This document shows positions 1 to 12,796 of a stretch of 64,000 nucleotides of DNA, in pieces (the stretch's first letter is position 1; each line of letters opens with the position of its first letter). Below the pieces are notes generated by a model that worked only from the letters and a program-made list of their open reading frames with translations, made no database searches and was not told the DNA's origin. The DNA is taken from NCBI GenBank assembly GCA_000708835.1, contig DF237178.1, forward strand, positions 62,001-126,000. Direction: 5' to 3'. The position numbers and the translations under genes are program-made. Source of the DNA: Klebsormidium nitens (Eukaryota; Plantae; Klebsormidiophyceae).

Positions 1-528
1 GCTTGAACCCACATTCTTTGTCCTTCTAGATCCTGATCAACCTCTCACCATCATGAACTTACCCCCTCTCTTCTCTTTCCTTAGGTCTTCATCAATTTCC
101 GATCAGGTCAGATAAGTGGTGCAGTCAAACATTTGAGTGTGTGATCATGGAGTCTTGTGATGTTGGCCAGTCTGCCCTTCAGGGGCATTTCAAACTAATT
201 GGGGGCAGAGCACAAAAGTTTGGGTACTGCTTCAGTCCATCATAATGAGCAACTGACTGCCCTTGAGAATAAGTTTCACATACGCTCTAGTTGCAGTGGC
301 ACAAAGTGGTTTCCCATGGGTTCTGAAAGCAAGCCTCCCTTTGTAGTCAGAACTTGTAAGAGGTCAAGCAACAGGATGGCTTTCCCATGCTTCAGACTTC
401 ACACATCTCCAGGTTGTTAGTCAACTTCTTGGTTGTTTCTAGTTCCCGGTGTCTCCTATTACACTTCCTTGCATAATACTGGTGACAAAGATAGAAGCAC
501 TACTAAATAGGCACGTTTGACATCTTAG

Positions 529-3500
529 GTACGTGCCGGCTGATGCGGACCCTACGCTCACTGCCCCCATCAAGTTCAAGATGGCAGTCACTGACCCTGG
601 ACACCTTGCAAGTGGCAGTGGGAGCGTCAGGTAAGCGCTGTCGCAATTCTGGCTTGGACCTCCATGTTATTCAGATCTGAGTGAGGTTGAGCTAGCGAGT
701 CTTTAATAGGTGACTGCTTTCCTCTGAACAAGGACTAGGAAATGTGGTTCCGATTCTGACTTGATTGACCAAAAACACAGGATTATTATGATGACGAACT
801 CAAGCCTACCGCTTAAAAGCCGGCTTTCTGTTGCATGCAGGTTCCGATTGATAAACATGAGGGCCGATGTTCGGTTTGCCTTCTTCCGTGGAGGCTTGAA
901 GGCGCCGCATCTGGCGGCTTGGAGTCAGGCAGTGGTGTTCGCCGACCCAGATCGAGTGAGTTCCGGGAACCAAGGAGGTCATCTGGAGCCTCCTGAACCA
1001 ATCAAGAAAAATGGACAAAAAGGGATGATCACTCGAGGAGATTCTGATGGACAAGTGGATTGGCACATTCGACACTCTTTGGTTGTTCAGACAACTTCGA
1101 TTCGCTCGTCTTGCATTCACCGTTGCGTACACCAAATTTGACACTGGCAGCCTCGACTTACAGAAATGGAGGTCCTCAGTAGGCCCAGTGTCAATCACCT
1201 TAATACAATCCTCGCTCCCTTTGTACTTCTAAGTTCTTCACAATGTTTTGCAGCCCATGGGGGTGCACTTGGCCCTGACCGGGACCCCCGGCGAGATGCT
1301 CGTCAGTTGGACTACGAAAGAGCGCGGGGAGGAGCCAGAGGTGCATTGGGGGCAGCGCCCGGGGCAGCTGACGAACAGAGCCCGTGCCGAGACTACCACA
1401 CACAGCCTAGGCGACATGTGTGGGGTAGGGATCTGAAACCAATTCGACGCGTTTCCGATTCTCAAGCGAGTACGTCAACGGTTCTCGTCCATTGGGTCAG
1501 CAAATGAACGTCCCTTGGTTCGAGGAACAAAAAATCACGCAAAGGATTAAGCGGTCGAGGCAGAGTTTGGAAGGGTCTGACAAGCAGCTGAATGGATCGG
1601 CAAGAAGCAAACTTAGAAGCGTAACGCTCTCCGCGTGAGGTATGGACTACGAGCTACTTGCAAAACTTCGGATATTCAAAGTACGTGCCTGTCTGCTTTC
1701 ATGACGATTCGGACAACCTCATTGGCAAGGGTAAGTGTTTTCCAGTCGTACGGTCCTTGTCGCACGGCCGTTCCCTTGGTTGGACCGCCTCAGACTGAGC
1801 CCTCCATACTTTCACTCCCGCAGGGTCCTGCGAAATCGGTCGGTTGGATCGACCCCGGGCACTTCCACTCGGCGCTCATCAGTGGGCTGCTCCCGGAGGA
1901 GACCGTGTACTATCGGGTTGGCGAAGCGGGGCGGAATCTGAGCGACGAGTTCCGCTTTGTTGTAGCTCCACAGGTCAGAAGCCGCCCTCTCACGTGCAAA
2001 GAGGACTCCTATCGCTATCTAGCTTTTCTATCCGTCTTGAGCTTATCTTGCTTTTCTGTCCGTCTTGTATCTCATCTTCCTTTCGATCTCCTCTTTGTCC
2101 CCGCTTTCCGGACAATCTGCCGTCTTGCTTGTCTTGAAGTGTGGAGATGCTCAGGCCAGTCACTTCCATTCCAAACTTTTTCTGATCCCTGTATGTCATC
2201 TTCACCACGTCACGTCGCAACCAGCCCCGTTTGACTGTGGCAAGTCAGCACGCTGCGATTCTGGGGGAGGCTTTTAAACCCTGATTCCCAGGACTTCGTG
2301 ACCGAAGGGGCGCCAAGGTGGTAGGTCTTGATCATGTAGAGGACGTTGATGACGTCGTTCGCAAAGTCGGGCCCAAGTCAGACGTCCAATTTTAGCTTAC
2401 CGCGACTCGGCCCAACCGGGAGTGAACGATCCAGCTATTCATCCACGGTCTGATCACAATACCGGTTTCCAGAGACGTCACGTCTACTTTCGCAGGTCTG
2501 CCCCCGTTCGGACGTCCGCATTCTGGCGTACGGCGGAGCCTGTGACAGATGAAAAGTTTTCTCTGTCTCTTTCATCACGGTAAACAACTTGGGATGACGT
2601 TACTTGCAGGTCGGCCCCACGTCGGACGTTTGCATTCTGGCGTACGGCGACATGGGCCAGGCGGAGGCGGACGGCGCCAAGGACCCCAACGACCAGGAGG
2701 AGCCGTCGCTGGACACCATGGCGCGCATGCTGGCGGACCCGTTTGTTTCGGGGGGGTCGAAATGGCAGGGCAAGCAGAGGGGGGAGAGTGGACGACGCGA
2801 GAAACGGGGGGTAGANNNNNNNNNNNNNNNNNNNNNNNNNNNNNNNNNNNNNNNNNNNNNNNNNNNNNNNNNNNNNNNNNNNNNNNNNGGGGGGGGACGC
2901 GCTGCTGGTGCTGCACATCGGCGACATATCGTACGCGCGGGGGTACGTGTGCCAGTGGGACAGCTTCTTTGAGATGATCGAGCCGCTAGCCGCGCAAGCG
3001 CCGTACATGACGCTGATTGGGAACCACGAGGTGAGGGGGGGGGCCGTCAAAACGGACACTGGGAGAATGAGGCTTCAACTGTAGTTCGTTTTAAACATCA
3101 CGATGGCCGTATTGCGGAACGAGGCGCAGCTGGAGCATTTACGCGACAATGCACCTCCCCTCTACAACCGGCAAGGAGCCGACCACTTTTCATTTGAGAG
3201 AGAGACCGCATCATTTGCCAAACGTTTCAAATTCTCAAAAGCATCACCCCGTTGCGCACTCACAAACTCTGCAGAGGTCTCGGTCCTCGTACAAGAGCAG
3301 CATGATCAAAAGCGACGTTGTCTGAAAAACAGAATTCTTACAGGTCCACTGGGCCGCGGTGACCAATTCAAATTCGAACCTCCGGACTTTCTGCTGCGCA
3401 GGTAGACTGGCCCGCATCCGGCTCCCTCTTCGAGGGCTACGACTCCGGAGGGGAATGCGGCGTCGCATACTCTCGTCGACTCCCCATGCCAGCCCCCAGA

Positions 3501-6283
3501 TTAGACTCTTCAGGTTTCCCACCGGGTCAAAGTGCCTTGTTGCTGAAGAGCCTGTGGGGCGGAAATGCGCCCGGCGGAAGTGGCCGGGTGGGCAGGATCC
3601 GAGCTCCCTGGTACAGCTTCGACCACGGGATGGTGCACCTGGTCATGATGAGCACGGAGCACGACTTCAGGTGAAAAATTACATTGACTCTGAAGATCTC
3701 ATCCTCTCTAGCTGTTTGGCTCGTTTCTGAAAAAGGTGACCTAAGAGGCGGCAACTTCAAGAGGCGAGAATAATTTGAGAAGGGGCGAAGTCTAAGATTC
3801 GAGCAACTGGATTGGGTCATTTCATTCTGATTCTCTGCCACAGATGAGGTATGCACTCTAGTCCAGAGCTTGAGCCATCTTACACTGCTGCGCATCATGA
3901 CGACAACGACGCAAATCTTGACTGTGTTCTATCCCCTCAAGCATTGTCTTGCCACGCATAGGACGACCATTTGGCCCTCAGGCGGGGCCCTGCCGTCGTT
4001 GGCACACCGCGGCCCAAACGTCCTCGCCGCTTCGGTTGCTTATCTCAACGGTCCGCTTTTGCAGGCGAGGCTCAGAGCAGTACGCCTTTCTGGCGGCCGA
4101 TCTGGCCGGTGTGAACAGGCTCCGGACGCCGTGGGTGGTGTTCAACGGGCACCGTCCGATGTACATTGATTCTATCAACGACGACGAACCGGACGGGGAC
4201 CTGCCGGTGGGGCGGGAGCTGAAGCGCTGGATCGAGGTACGCGTGAGCCGCATTTGCGAAATGAGTGCTGGCTTCGCCCCTGAGTTTGAAGCAACGTTTG
4301 ATCGATAGGACTTTGTAAAAGCACAAAAAGATTCTCCGCGTTCAATCTGTGCAGGGAAGTTTGAAAGTTTCGGATTAATACCTGGTGATTAGTGGGCAAA
4401 ACCGGTAGAACTGTTGCTCACGACTTTGCATTTGCACTACTGAGTGTGACGCGCCGCCAACCTGCCTTTCCGCTCCTCCGTCCTTTGTCGACCTGTTACT
4501 AGTTCTCAAGTCAAATCCGTGACATGAGACAATCTGCCGTTCCGCGCCTCCGTCGTTCGTTGACCTGCTACTACTTCTGAAGTTAGATTCTGCGCTTTGG
4601 GTTACTCCTTACAGCCGCTGTTGCGAGAGTACAAGGTCGAGTTGGCGCTCTGGGGTCACCACCATAGCTACCAGCGCACGTGCCCCGTGTATCAGGACCG
4701 CTGCATACGAGCAAATGCGGATGACAGCTTTGCGGCGACAGGTATGTGGACTTCGCGTTCGTTAACTGAGAGAACTGAGAATTGAGAGCGAGCAACTATA
4801 ACGATCGTGGCTTCTAGCTACGGCGACACGCAGGTTCTCGAGTCAGCAAATGGAGGGCGATCGAGCGTTTGCTCCTACTTTCAATGCTCAGAGTCCGAGG
4901 GGCAAACAGAGCCGGTTGCATAAATCGTGTCACGAGCTTGACGGTCTCATAATAACGGGAAAGTTCATCCCAGTCGGCTTCAGTCAACCGACGCACGCTG
5001 AACAAGCATTCTCCGAAACAGATTAGTAATCTTTGTACGGCCGAGTTCCCGAATGAAGTCGATGCGCACTCGTGGAGCGTGAGATACGCATTGCACAGGT
5101 GCTGCTTCATCCTCTCACCATGTTGAACGGTGCCATTGGTCCTCAAAAGAGGGGGTGTGTGGGTGTCCGAAGTTTGACCCGTTTGGAAACACTGTAACAA
5201 CTGCTTGCGACTCTGCCCCGTCTCTCTTCTCAAGGACAGGTTCATTTTCGTTTCATTCGTCTGATGTACTTTGCGCACTGCGCCAGTCTGCCAGTAATCA
5301 TATCGATCGGCCGCCTGGCGGGGCCGGCCTTTGACAACCATCCAATCTGAGATGAGCCTGTAAAAGCAGCGACCCACCGTTGCCACCTGTTGCAGTTCAT
5401 TTGGTTATCGGCATGGGGGGCGCAGGCACGTGCCTCAACATCAAGCCGGTGGCCCCTGGCTGGACCGAGTACGTCAACGTCGAGGTGCGGCTCTCATAAG
5501 CTATATCAAGGCTCCTCCAGCGAGGATTTGGAAAAGCTCTGCATTCCCGTTGTCATTCGACGACTTTGCGGATTGAGATCGCGGATCCAATTTTGGCTCT
5601 TGTCTGGACTATTGGGCTTGAGTATCTCGATGTAGGTATGAGTCGGTCGGCTGTCTGTGGCAACTGCTCGCCCCTTTGCCAGCTGCACGTCAACGACTGC
5701 CGCAACGGCAGTCCTCTAAAGTGGAACCTGAAAATGTTTTGCCGAAGCCCCGAGCTGACGTCAGCCTTGCGCTGCATGGAAGAGCGTGGACCCGTCCTCT
5801 CGTGCTGCACGTGTTTTGATGCTGGCATAGCCGTGGCGAAGACGTCTCCTTCGTGCGGACTTCAAACTCTCTCCGTCGATCCCATTGATTCTTCCTACTC
5901 TGTAAGAACTTTGGGCGCTGACTTTCACTGCTTCGCATTGGTTCATGGTGCTGCCTCTGTTTGAAAGAGGCTTTCGAGACTAACTTCACGACACGTGCTT
6001 GAATGCAATGCAGCAACACGGTTACCTGCGCATGACGGTGAACGAGACACGACTCCTCTTCGAGTTCATTGGGTGAGTTTGCGTCCTTGCTACATCTTGT
6101 CGTGCTGGTAGTCCGATTCGATAACAGAGGATTGAGGAACTAACTTGCATCCATTTTGTCACGCCTTTTGTATGTCGCTGCTTCGCTGTATGGTCTGATC
6201 GCATCCTCGGTGTGCCGCCTTCCCGATGCAGGAACAACGAGGGCTCTGTTCTCGACTCGGGCGTTCTGACGAAAGCGCCGTGA
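529..6283 (+). CDS. Purple acid phosphatase (nucleotide pyrophosphatase/phosphodiesterase-like PAP with N-terminal extension); 5' end outside window or unresolved
   Basis: Phase-consistent GT-AG exons 529-630, 841-955, 1254-1424, 1824-1973, 2610-3030 (spans N gap), 3402-3670, 4065-4236, 4615-4741, 5396-5484, 6014-6072, 6232-6283 (TGA). All five PAP metal-ligand motifs are present: GDMG, GDISY, GNHE, FNGH, GHHH. DSGGECGV, TAPIKF and FRLINMR are also typical of this PAP group. Confidence 0.93.
2364..2535 (+). repeat. Two decayed intronic copies of the PAP acceptor + exon start (real exon at 2610)
   Basis: 2496-2535 gtctgcccccgttcggacgtccgcattctggcgtacggcg matches exon start 2610-2649 at about 34/40 nt and keeps its CAG; a weaker copy lies at 2364-2388. 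Confidence 0.8.
2816..2888. other. Assembly gap (73 N) inside the PAP gene, flanked by G-runs
   Basis: Run of n in the sequence; shows a draft assembly, so single-base lesions elsewhere could be errors. Confidence 0.99.
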
Positions 6284-8252
6284 TGCGGAGCAACATTCAG
6301 GGCTGAAAATGGGCGGAGTTGGCGCACTCAGACTAAGCACGCACCGCTATTGTTGAGACTGCGTTTGCAGGCGGACGGCAACACGTCACTGTAAGTAAAA
6401 CCTTCTTGAGTTGAACAGACTAACTTACTGGCACTCACTGCGAGTTGACGGGCTTTCCGTACAACTAAGCTCCGTGGGTTGAGGCGAGCTAAGCGGATGA
6501 TAGCGACATGCCGACTTCGATCGGACTTTTCGAATTCACACTTTCAGCATCTGCAGCGCCTTTCTTAAAGATTGCCGAAAAGTGACAAGTGGTAAAGCTG
6601 GAAGAGACTTACATGCGTGCATTGAGATTATGGGTACGTTCTTCTGTATTTAAACTGCGCTTTCATCAGATTCCCTTTGAAAGCGGGTTGAAACGCCATG
6701 CGACTTGCTTTGTCCCCTTCGATCGACAGACGCCACCTTCTACAAAGACCGACATGGCCAGCAGGCGGCATGTCAGTGCAGCGAATGGCCCGAGCAGTAT
6801 GTATCGAGCCTCAAAAGACTTTGATTGCAACGGCCTCCTGAATTGTAGCCAGGCAACTTTGTGCATTCAATGTTGAGCAGTACGCTGATCTAGATGCACT
6901 AGCTCTTGCGAGAGCTCTGTTGCGCAGACAAGGCGCAATCACAGGACCCCTAGGCTTGGGTCATTGCATATATGCACATTTTGAATTTTTGAATATGGAT
7001 CACAAGTCTAGAAATTTGTTGCATCCGGACTCAGGCACTTCGATTTGCTTTGGCTAAGCCGCCAACTGCAGGCAGTGACTTATCGTTGATTCTCTCGACT
7101 GGATAAAGTCACTATAAGGCCATGCATGCATGCCGCTGCGTATATCATGAGATAGATCTGAAAGTGACCCAACGATCTAGATGGCGGGTCGAAATCCATC
7201 GTGCAGTCTCTCATAAGGTGACTCATGACTTGCGAAGCGAAAAAGGTGGGGCTCTGGATCACACGTGTTTCTGGGATCTCCGACCCCCGTTTGACCATGC
7301 CCCAATGGGTGGCATTGAGGCCCAAGCATGCGAACCAGATATTGACGTTTTAAGCTACTTGCAAAGGATTGCTTAGTACAGCGAAAAAGCGATGTCTGGA
7401 CCCGATGAACGACCGAAACATTGTTGTTTTCACTTCGTTTGTTGGAGCGTGCTGAGCTTTTGTAACCATCATACACACGAGCGCATTTGTACGTCGAGAT
7501 CCTGATCAATGACGTCCAGCGGATCAAAGTCCCATTTGCAGTTAGGCTCACAGTCGATGTCGACATCAGTTCCACCCAGCCAGTTACACCGTGCATATGC
7601 AGCTCTTAGCTCCCTGCCACTAGGGCGCAGAATGATGACCAGACACCGACGCGAAGATCGTCCCTGCATTTTCAAGTTTTGTGGCCACCGTTGGGGGTTA
7701 AGGCTGGGTTTGAAGAAACGGCGAGCCAGAAAACCTGAAGTGACCTGAGGGTTGAAATTTACGTTAAAAGTCTGACCAGGTTTACTAGAAGCTCCTAAAT
7801 TAATCAGGGAGTCTAAAGCTTGGAAGGCGGGAAGCCCGCCAAAACAAGAGTCTGCTGCAACTACCGCTCGCAATCGCATTCGAAAGGCAGCACAGCGAGC
7901 AAGCTATCCTCCAGATAGCTTCAAGCTGCTTTCGATCGGCGCACGCGAATCGATTTAGGATGTCGCAAAGGCGCTGAGGAGCGCATTGAAGCGCTGCAAA
8001 ACCGCTGCTTCGAAGGGTGGTTTTTACGGGATTCGTTTTGTGCTGCACAAAACAGGATTGATGAGGTTGATGGGGGCAAAGTGTGCGGATCACTCTTCAA
8101 AAGAGCTGCCGGTGCTTTAAAAAGAGCAACAGTCGAAAGGTGGATCTTGCATTGTCCGAGAGGAAGGGAAGGTTGCTGTCTCTTCTCTTCTCCAGAGCCT
8201 GTGCCTAGCCTGAGGCTGTGACTGTGATTCAATTCAGATCGAGCCAGCTAAA

Positions 8253-10619
8253 ATGAAGCCTTCAGGAGCTCGAGGGAGGAAAACCTCGAGGATAACCCCG
8301 ATCTACCTTTTGTCCCTGCTGTCGCTTGCAGCCTCTATAGCATATGCATTCATCGCAATCATGCACAGCTCGAGGACGCCAGTTGAAGAGAATCATTCGG
8401 ATGCACTCTTTGGAGGCGTTGTGAACGACGTGATCTCGACTGGGATGGGCTTGACGAAGACGGATTTTGAAAAAAAGCCTTTGACAGCTGCTCCTATTCG
8501 CATGGAAAGATTCAGGAACTCAGTCATTAGCTTCCTCCAATTGAATTCCACAACCGTGGAGTGGTTCCCGAAAGATAGCAGGAAGCATGTAAAGAGAGGT
8601 CTTCTTTCAGCAGCTACAAGTCTGTGGTCTAAAGCTGATGGCCCTCAGGGAAGTCCATTCCTGATGGTCCATTTCGCTCATCATAAAACAGGAACTGCAT
8701 GGTTCTCAAGAGTCTTCAGGTGAGTAGCTTACAGCTCGTCATAATATTTTAGGTTTATTTTCATCATACTTATTCTTTCAAATCGATTCTGTTAGATCGT
8801 CAGATTGATTAATGTCAATCCAGCAGCAGACCTACTGTAGGCAGACTTTCTAAGTTTGATACCTTCATCTCCTTGCTTTTTGCAGTTTACACGCACTAAG
8901 GAGCAAGACGAGCTTTGCAAAAGATTCTGAGGAATCGTGCCTGAAACCAAAGGTCAGGATGTGCCAGGTAAGATGTACGGAGAAAGAGGCAAGCAAAATG
9001 CAGGTTCTTTTTATCAACAGCAGGCTCTTCAAAAAGAATCTCAGGGTATGCTTGAACGATTGTATTTTCTGTGAAGCACGAAGTACTTTACTACACGAAA
9101 AAATCAGCGATATAAATGAGGCCACTACTTTTATCCTGGGTTTTTCCATACTTGCAGCTCAACAATGCCGCACCTGGTGTGCTGCAAATGCTCTCTGGAA
9201 GACCATTTAGAGCCATCTTCACTGTCAGAGACCCAAGGGACGTTGTTGTATCAGGTAGGATATTTCCAACGCTACTCCAAAGGTACTATGCTTCACTGGA
9301 TTGTGATGATCATGAATGCTGTTTTACGCTGCTTTGATGCGGTTCACTTAGCGACCCTTACGACCACGAAACATACAACGTAGAAAATACTGCAGCCCCG
9401 ATTGTAGCCAGATTTGTTTGCTCATTTCTTTATGGACTTTCTTTGCAGCTTATTTCTACCATAAGAAGGGACTTGAACCATGGCTCTTGGAACCGCGAGA
9501 GGAATTCGAGGGGAAAACAATCCATCAGGTGACAAGGAAGCTCCCCCTCGATGCACTTATCAAAATGTAAACGTACGGAACCCGTGTAACATTCAATGCC
9601 TTCAGATCCTTGTGCAAGAACGGCGAACTTTGATTTTCATGTTACGTAAATCGGATGAGAAGCAGCCGCAGGAGTGGTGGAAGAGAGGGTCGCCGCACAT
9701 AGCCGGCCTGATAAGACAGAGATTCCTGGGGAATTCATAACGCATCTGGTAATCCTTTTCTTTCCAGGTGCTCAACTCAGTTGGAAAGACCAAAGGAATG
9801 AATCTGGAAATTGACCTCTTGACGGGTGGAATGTGGGAGTCGGAACGCAAAGGTAGTGCTCTCCAACTTTTTCATTTACGTGTTTGCAAGCAGCAGTCCT
9901 CTCCTCTAAAATGCGTGCTGGTCTGATAGGGCATTCTCGTCAAAGTAAGTGTGCGGGTTGTGAAAGCCACTGCAGCTGACATGCATCACATAACGTTTTG
10001 CGACTCCTCCATTTTCAGGAGGATATGCAACGGCGCTTCGTGCATTCATGGCTGAGTATTCAAAAGATCCCAGAGTTGCATTCGTCCGTTACGAAGACAT
10101 GTGGTATTGGGAGGACAGACGGCTCGGACAGTCCTTTGCTGCCATTGGATCTTGGTGAGCAACACTACTCCTTCGCTTCTGCTCCTCATCTGTAACCTTC
10201 TGAATGAGTCGCCAGCTACACAATCACTGTTTCGGTGACCATTCTGGTGAACATTCTGATCTTGCAATGACCAGCTTAACTTGCAAAAGAGCACTTCGAT
10301 CAGTAAAAGGTCTCAATCTTGTTGCCTGTCAGATGTTAGCGAAAGCATCCCACCTTTGTCCATCAGGTACGGCATCCCAGCTGGTCAGGAACTCAAAGAC
10401 TTTGTCCAAGCGGCAATCAAGGTCGGCCAGGAGACTGCAGCTTACCGGACGCCTGCACGATCTACCCTGGTCAAGGAAGACAAGGGGAACCGTCACTTCC
10501 GGAAGGGCACACCAGGCGACTGGAAGAACCACTTCAACTGGCAGAACAAAGCTTACTTCCGCACGAAGTTGGGGAACCTGCTGCAAGAGCTTGGCTACGA
10601 GTCTGACGATAGTTGGTGA
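8253..10619 (+). CDS. Type II membrane-anchored sulfotransferase (~399 aa)
   Basis: Exons 8253-8719, 8886-8967, 9158-9254, 9449-9528, 9768-9852, 10019-10154, 10367-10619 sum to 1200 nt in frame. N-terminal hydrophobic anchor IYLLSLLSLAASIAYAFIAIM; 5'-PSB HHKTGT; 3'-PB RDPRDVVVS; RYED; C-terminal RKGTPGDWKNHF. Confidence 0.88.
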
Positions 10620-11207
10620 CGAGCTTCGTCCGAGATTTTTGTAGAAGTGGTGTTGAGTTGATAAGGCGTTTCAAATGCTCTGTAATGTAATTTACAGTCT
10701 GGCACTTATCCAGTTTGTCACAAGCTTCAACGCTCTCGAGTTGACGAGCTTAACGCGCAGTTCTCTTGCAACTATGAACCAATTGCTGTTCGGCCTGTCG
10801 TCAAATGGTTTCATGCATCTAAGAATCGGGGCCGCCTGCACAAAAATCATCCATATGCGCCACCTCCTTCTCAACTCCTCAAGTTGGCCACTTGCTAGGA
10901 TGCAATCCAACACATTCAGTGACCCAATTTACTGAGTGCTCGGCTCAAGATGCACATGCGACGTTTGTGTAAAAGCCATGCAGCCAGCCGTAGGGCGCAA
11001 CAAATCGCATTGATCGTTGCGCTTATGAGACAGTTTTTCCATCATTCCACCACTTATGTTGCTTTGTTGAACGCATCACTCAGCTAGAAGCGCTGGTAGC
11101 TTTCGAGATTCCGACATATGTGATTAACGCAGTTGTTGGCACGTATACAGGAAGAAAATCACTGCGATTGTTCAGAGTAAAGTGGCTTACTTCAAACTCG
11201 TCGATCC

Positions 11208-12784
11208 ATGCTTCGGTACGGGCTTTATAATGTGATGTATGTATGTATAATCTTCATGACATGTTTTTCAACCTCATGGCAGGCGGCTTTGCGCATCGGA
11301 CATTGGTCAAAACATCCGTTCGAAAATCACCGGTTGATTCAAACATCGGGAAATTCTATGATCCAAAGCACTCGGCCCAGTTTATGGAAGCCTACACACA
11401 GTTAGATTTCTTCGACCGCAGTCTTCCGACCTGAAGTGTCAGCAGCTAAACGTACCTTGAAATACATGATGTTCCCTGCGTGTGGCTAAGGTTATCCGTG
11501 ATTGTCGTTTGAGCTAATGCCTTGAAACCGAGGGTACCAATAAGAGATGAACTGGATCTGAGAGTTTTGGATTGCTAACCTCCTTCTAACCTCTTTTTCA
11601 TACCTGAAGCGAACCGAGCTAGGAGAATGAGGCCTGCTCGCATACATACGGACGGCTTGACGGTTTCAGGCGTACCTCTGCACTTTTGTCTAGGTGGATA
11701 TCGCTGAAAGACTTACCCGCTTACTACTACCTTTTTGTCACCAATCAATTGCTCAGCTCCTATGTACACACTGTCCGCTGATCCACGGGACGCACTAGCT
11801 TTACAGCACATTCTTATATGGTCACAAGGCGTGCTTTCCAGTTCTCTTTGCACTCCTTCTCTATACGCTCGTTGGGGACCAGTTCCTCGTCCTCATCGTC
11901 GCAAGAGGTGCCCGGGAAGATGTACCTGCACGCAGATGGAAAGAGCTGTTTGCCTCGTTGGGATTCTACTCAAGCAAAATCTCTGGCATCTTGTCGGACG
12001 GAACAAGCAGGTCCTACTAAATAGTATAGGTAGGAGGATGGCTTCCTTTCGAAAGGCCAAAAAAGTTTGAAAAGGAACCGTATCAGGCTCACAAGAGTTT
12101 CATGAAAAAAGCTGCTCAAAGAACAAGGTGTCCTGCAACAAACAGCCCTCCATGGGTCAAACGATTTCTTTGAAAAACGACCTGTCTTGTCGCAGCCCTG
12201 CTCACGTCCACTTCCTAGTCATTAGCCCACAGCTAGGAGCTGCTCTGTGTCGCATCAGGACGTCAAATGATCGACTCTGGTCACAACTTCGAATCATCAG
12301 ATCTGCTTTCAAAATCTCACCTCAGAGTCTGCGAGGGTATGTACCGGTCCAGTCCTTTGCTGTAGCTGCAAGAAGTGAAAATGGAATGCCGCAGCATTAG
12401 CTACTTGCCATGAAATACTGGTTCCAGCCTGCACGGCTGCTGGAAAGGGGAATCTTCGATAGTGCCTCGCAATCCTTAACCTTTGGAAGGAAGGGAAAGA
12501 GTGTAAAGATGCTGTTCCGAGCATTAAGGCCCTGCAAGGTAATTTGGGGTTCTCCTTGGAGAAGCTGACTACCCGCAAGCGAGCCGCACAACGCTGTGCA
12601 CAATCGAACAGGCTCTGACAACGACTGTCTTTTGGAAATCACCAAAAGGAAAGTCCGAAGTCAAAGCGGGATTCTCAACATGATTCAGCCGTGGCTTTCC
12701 AAGCCGAATGCAGGACTCTGGTTCCGATCTGCAGAACTCAGTGCGCTCCCTACAGAACTCGTAAAGAAGAGCGCCGGCTCTTAA
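11208..12784 (+). pseudogene. Candidate fragmented multi-exon gene of unknown product
   Basis: Protein-like segments at 11208-11434, ~11800-12010 and ~12470-12539, then a plausible 72-nt GT-AG intron to 12612-12784 (TAA). A complete in-frame model could not be built. Confidence 0.25.
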
Positions 12785-12796
12785 AGACAGATGACA

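Noticed and set aside
6371-6390. 20-nt segment with strong acceptor and donor after the PAP gene
   Set aside because: The PAP CDS closes better at 6232-6283; at most a 3'UTR micro-exon, unsupported without transcripts.
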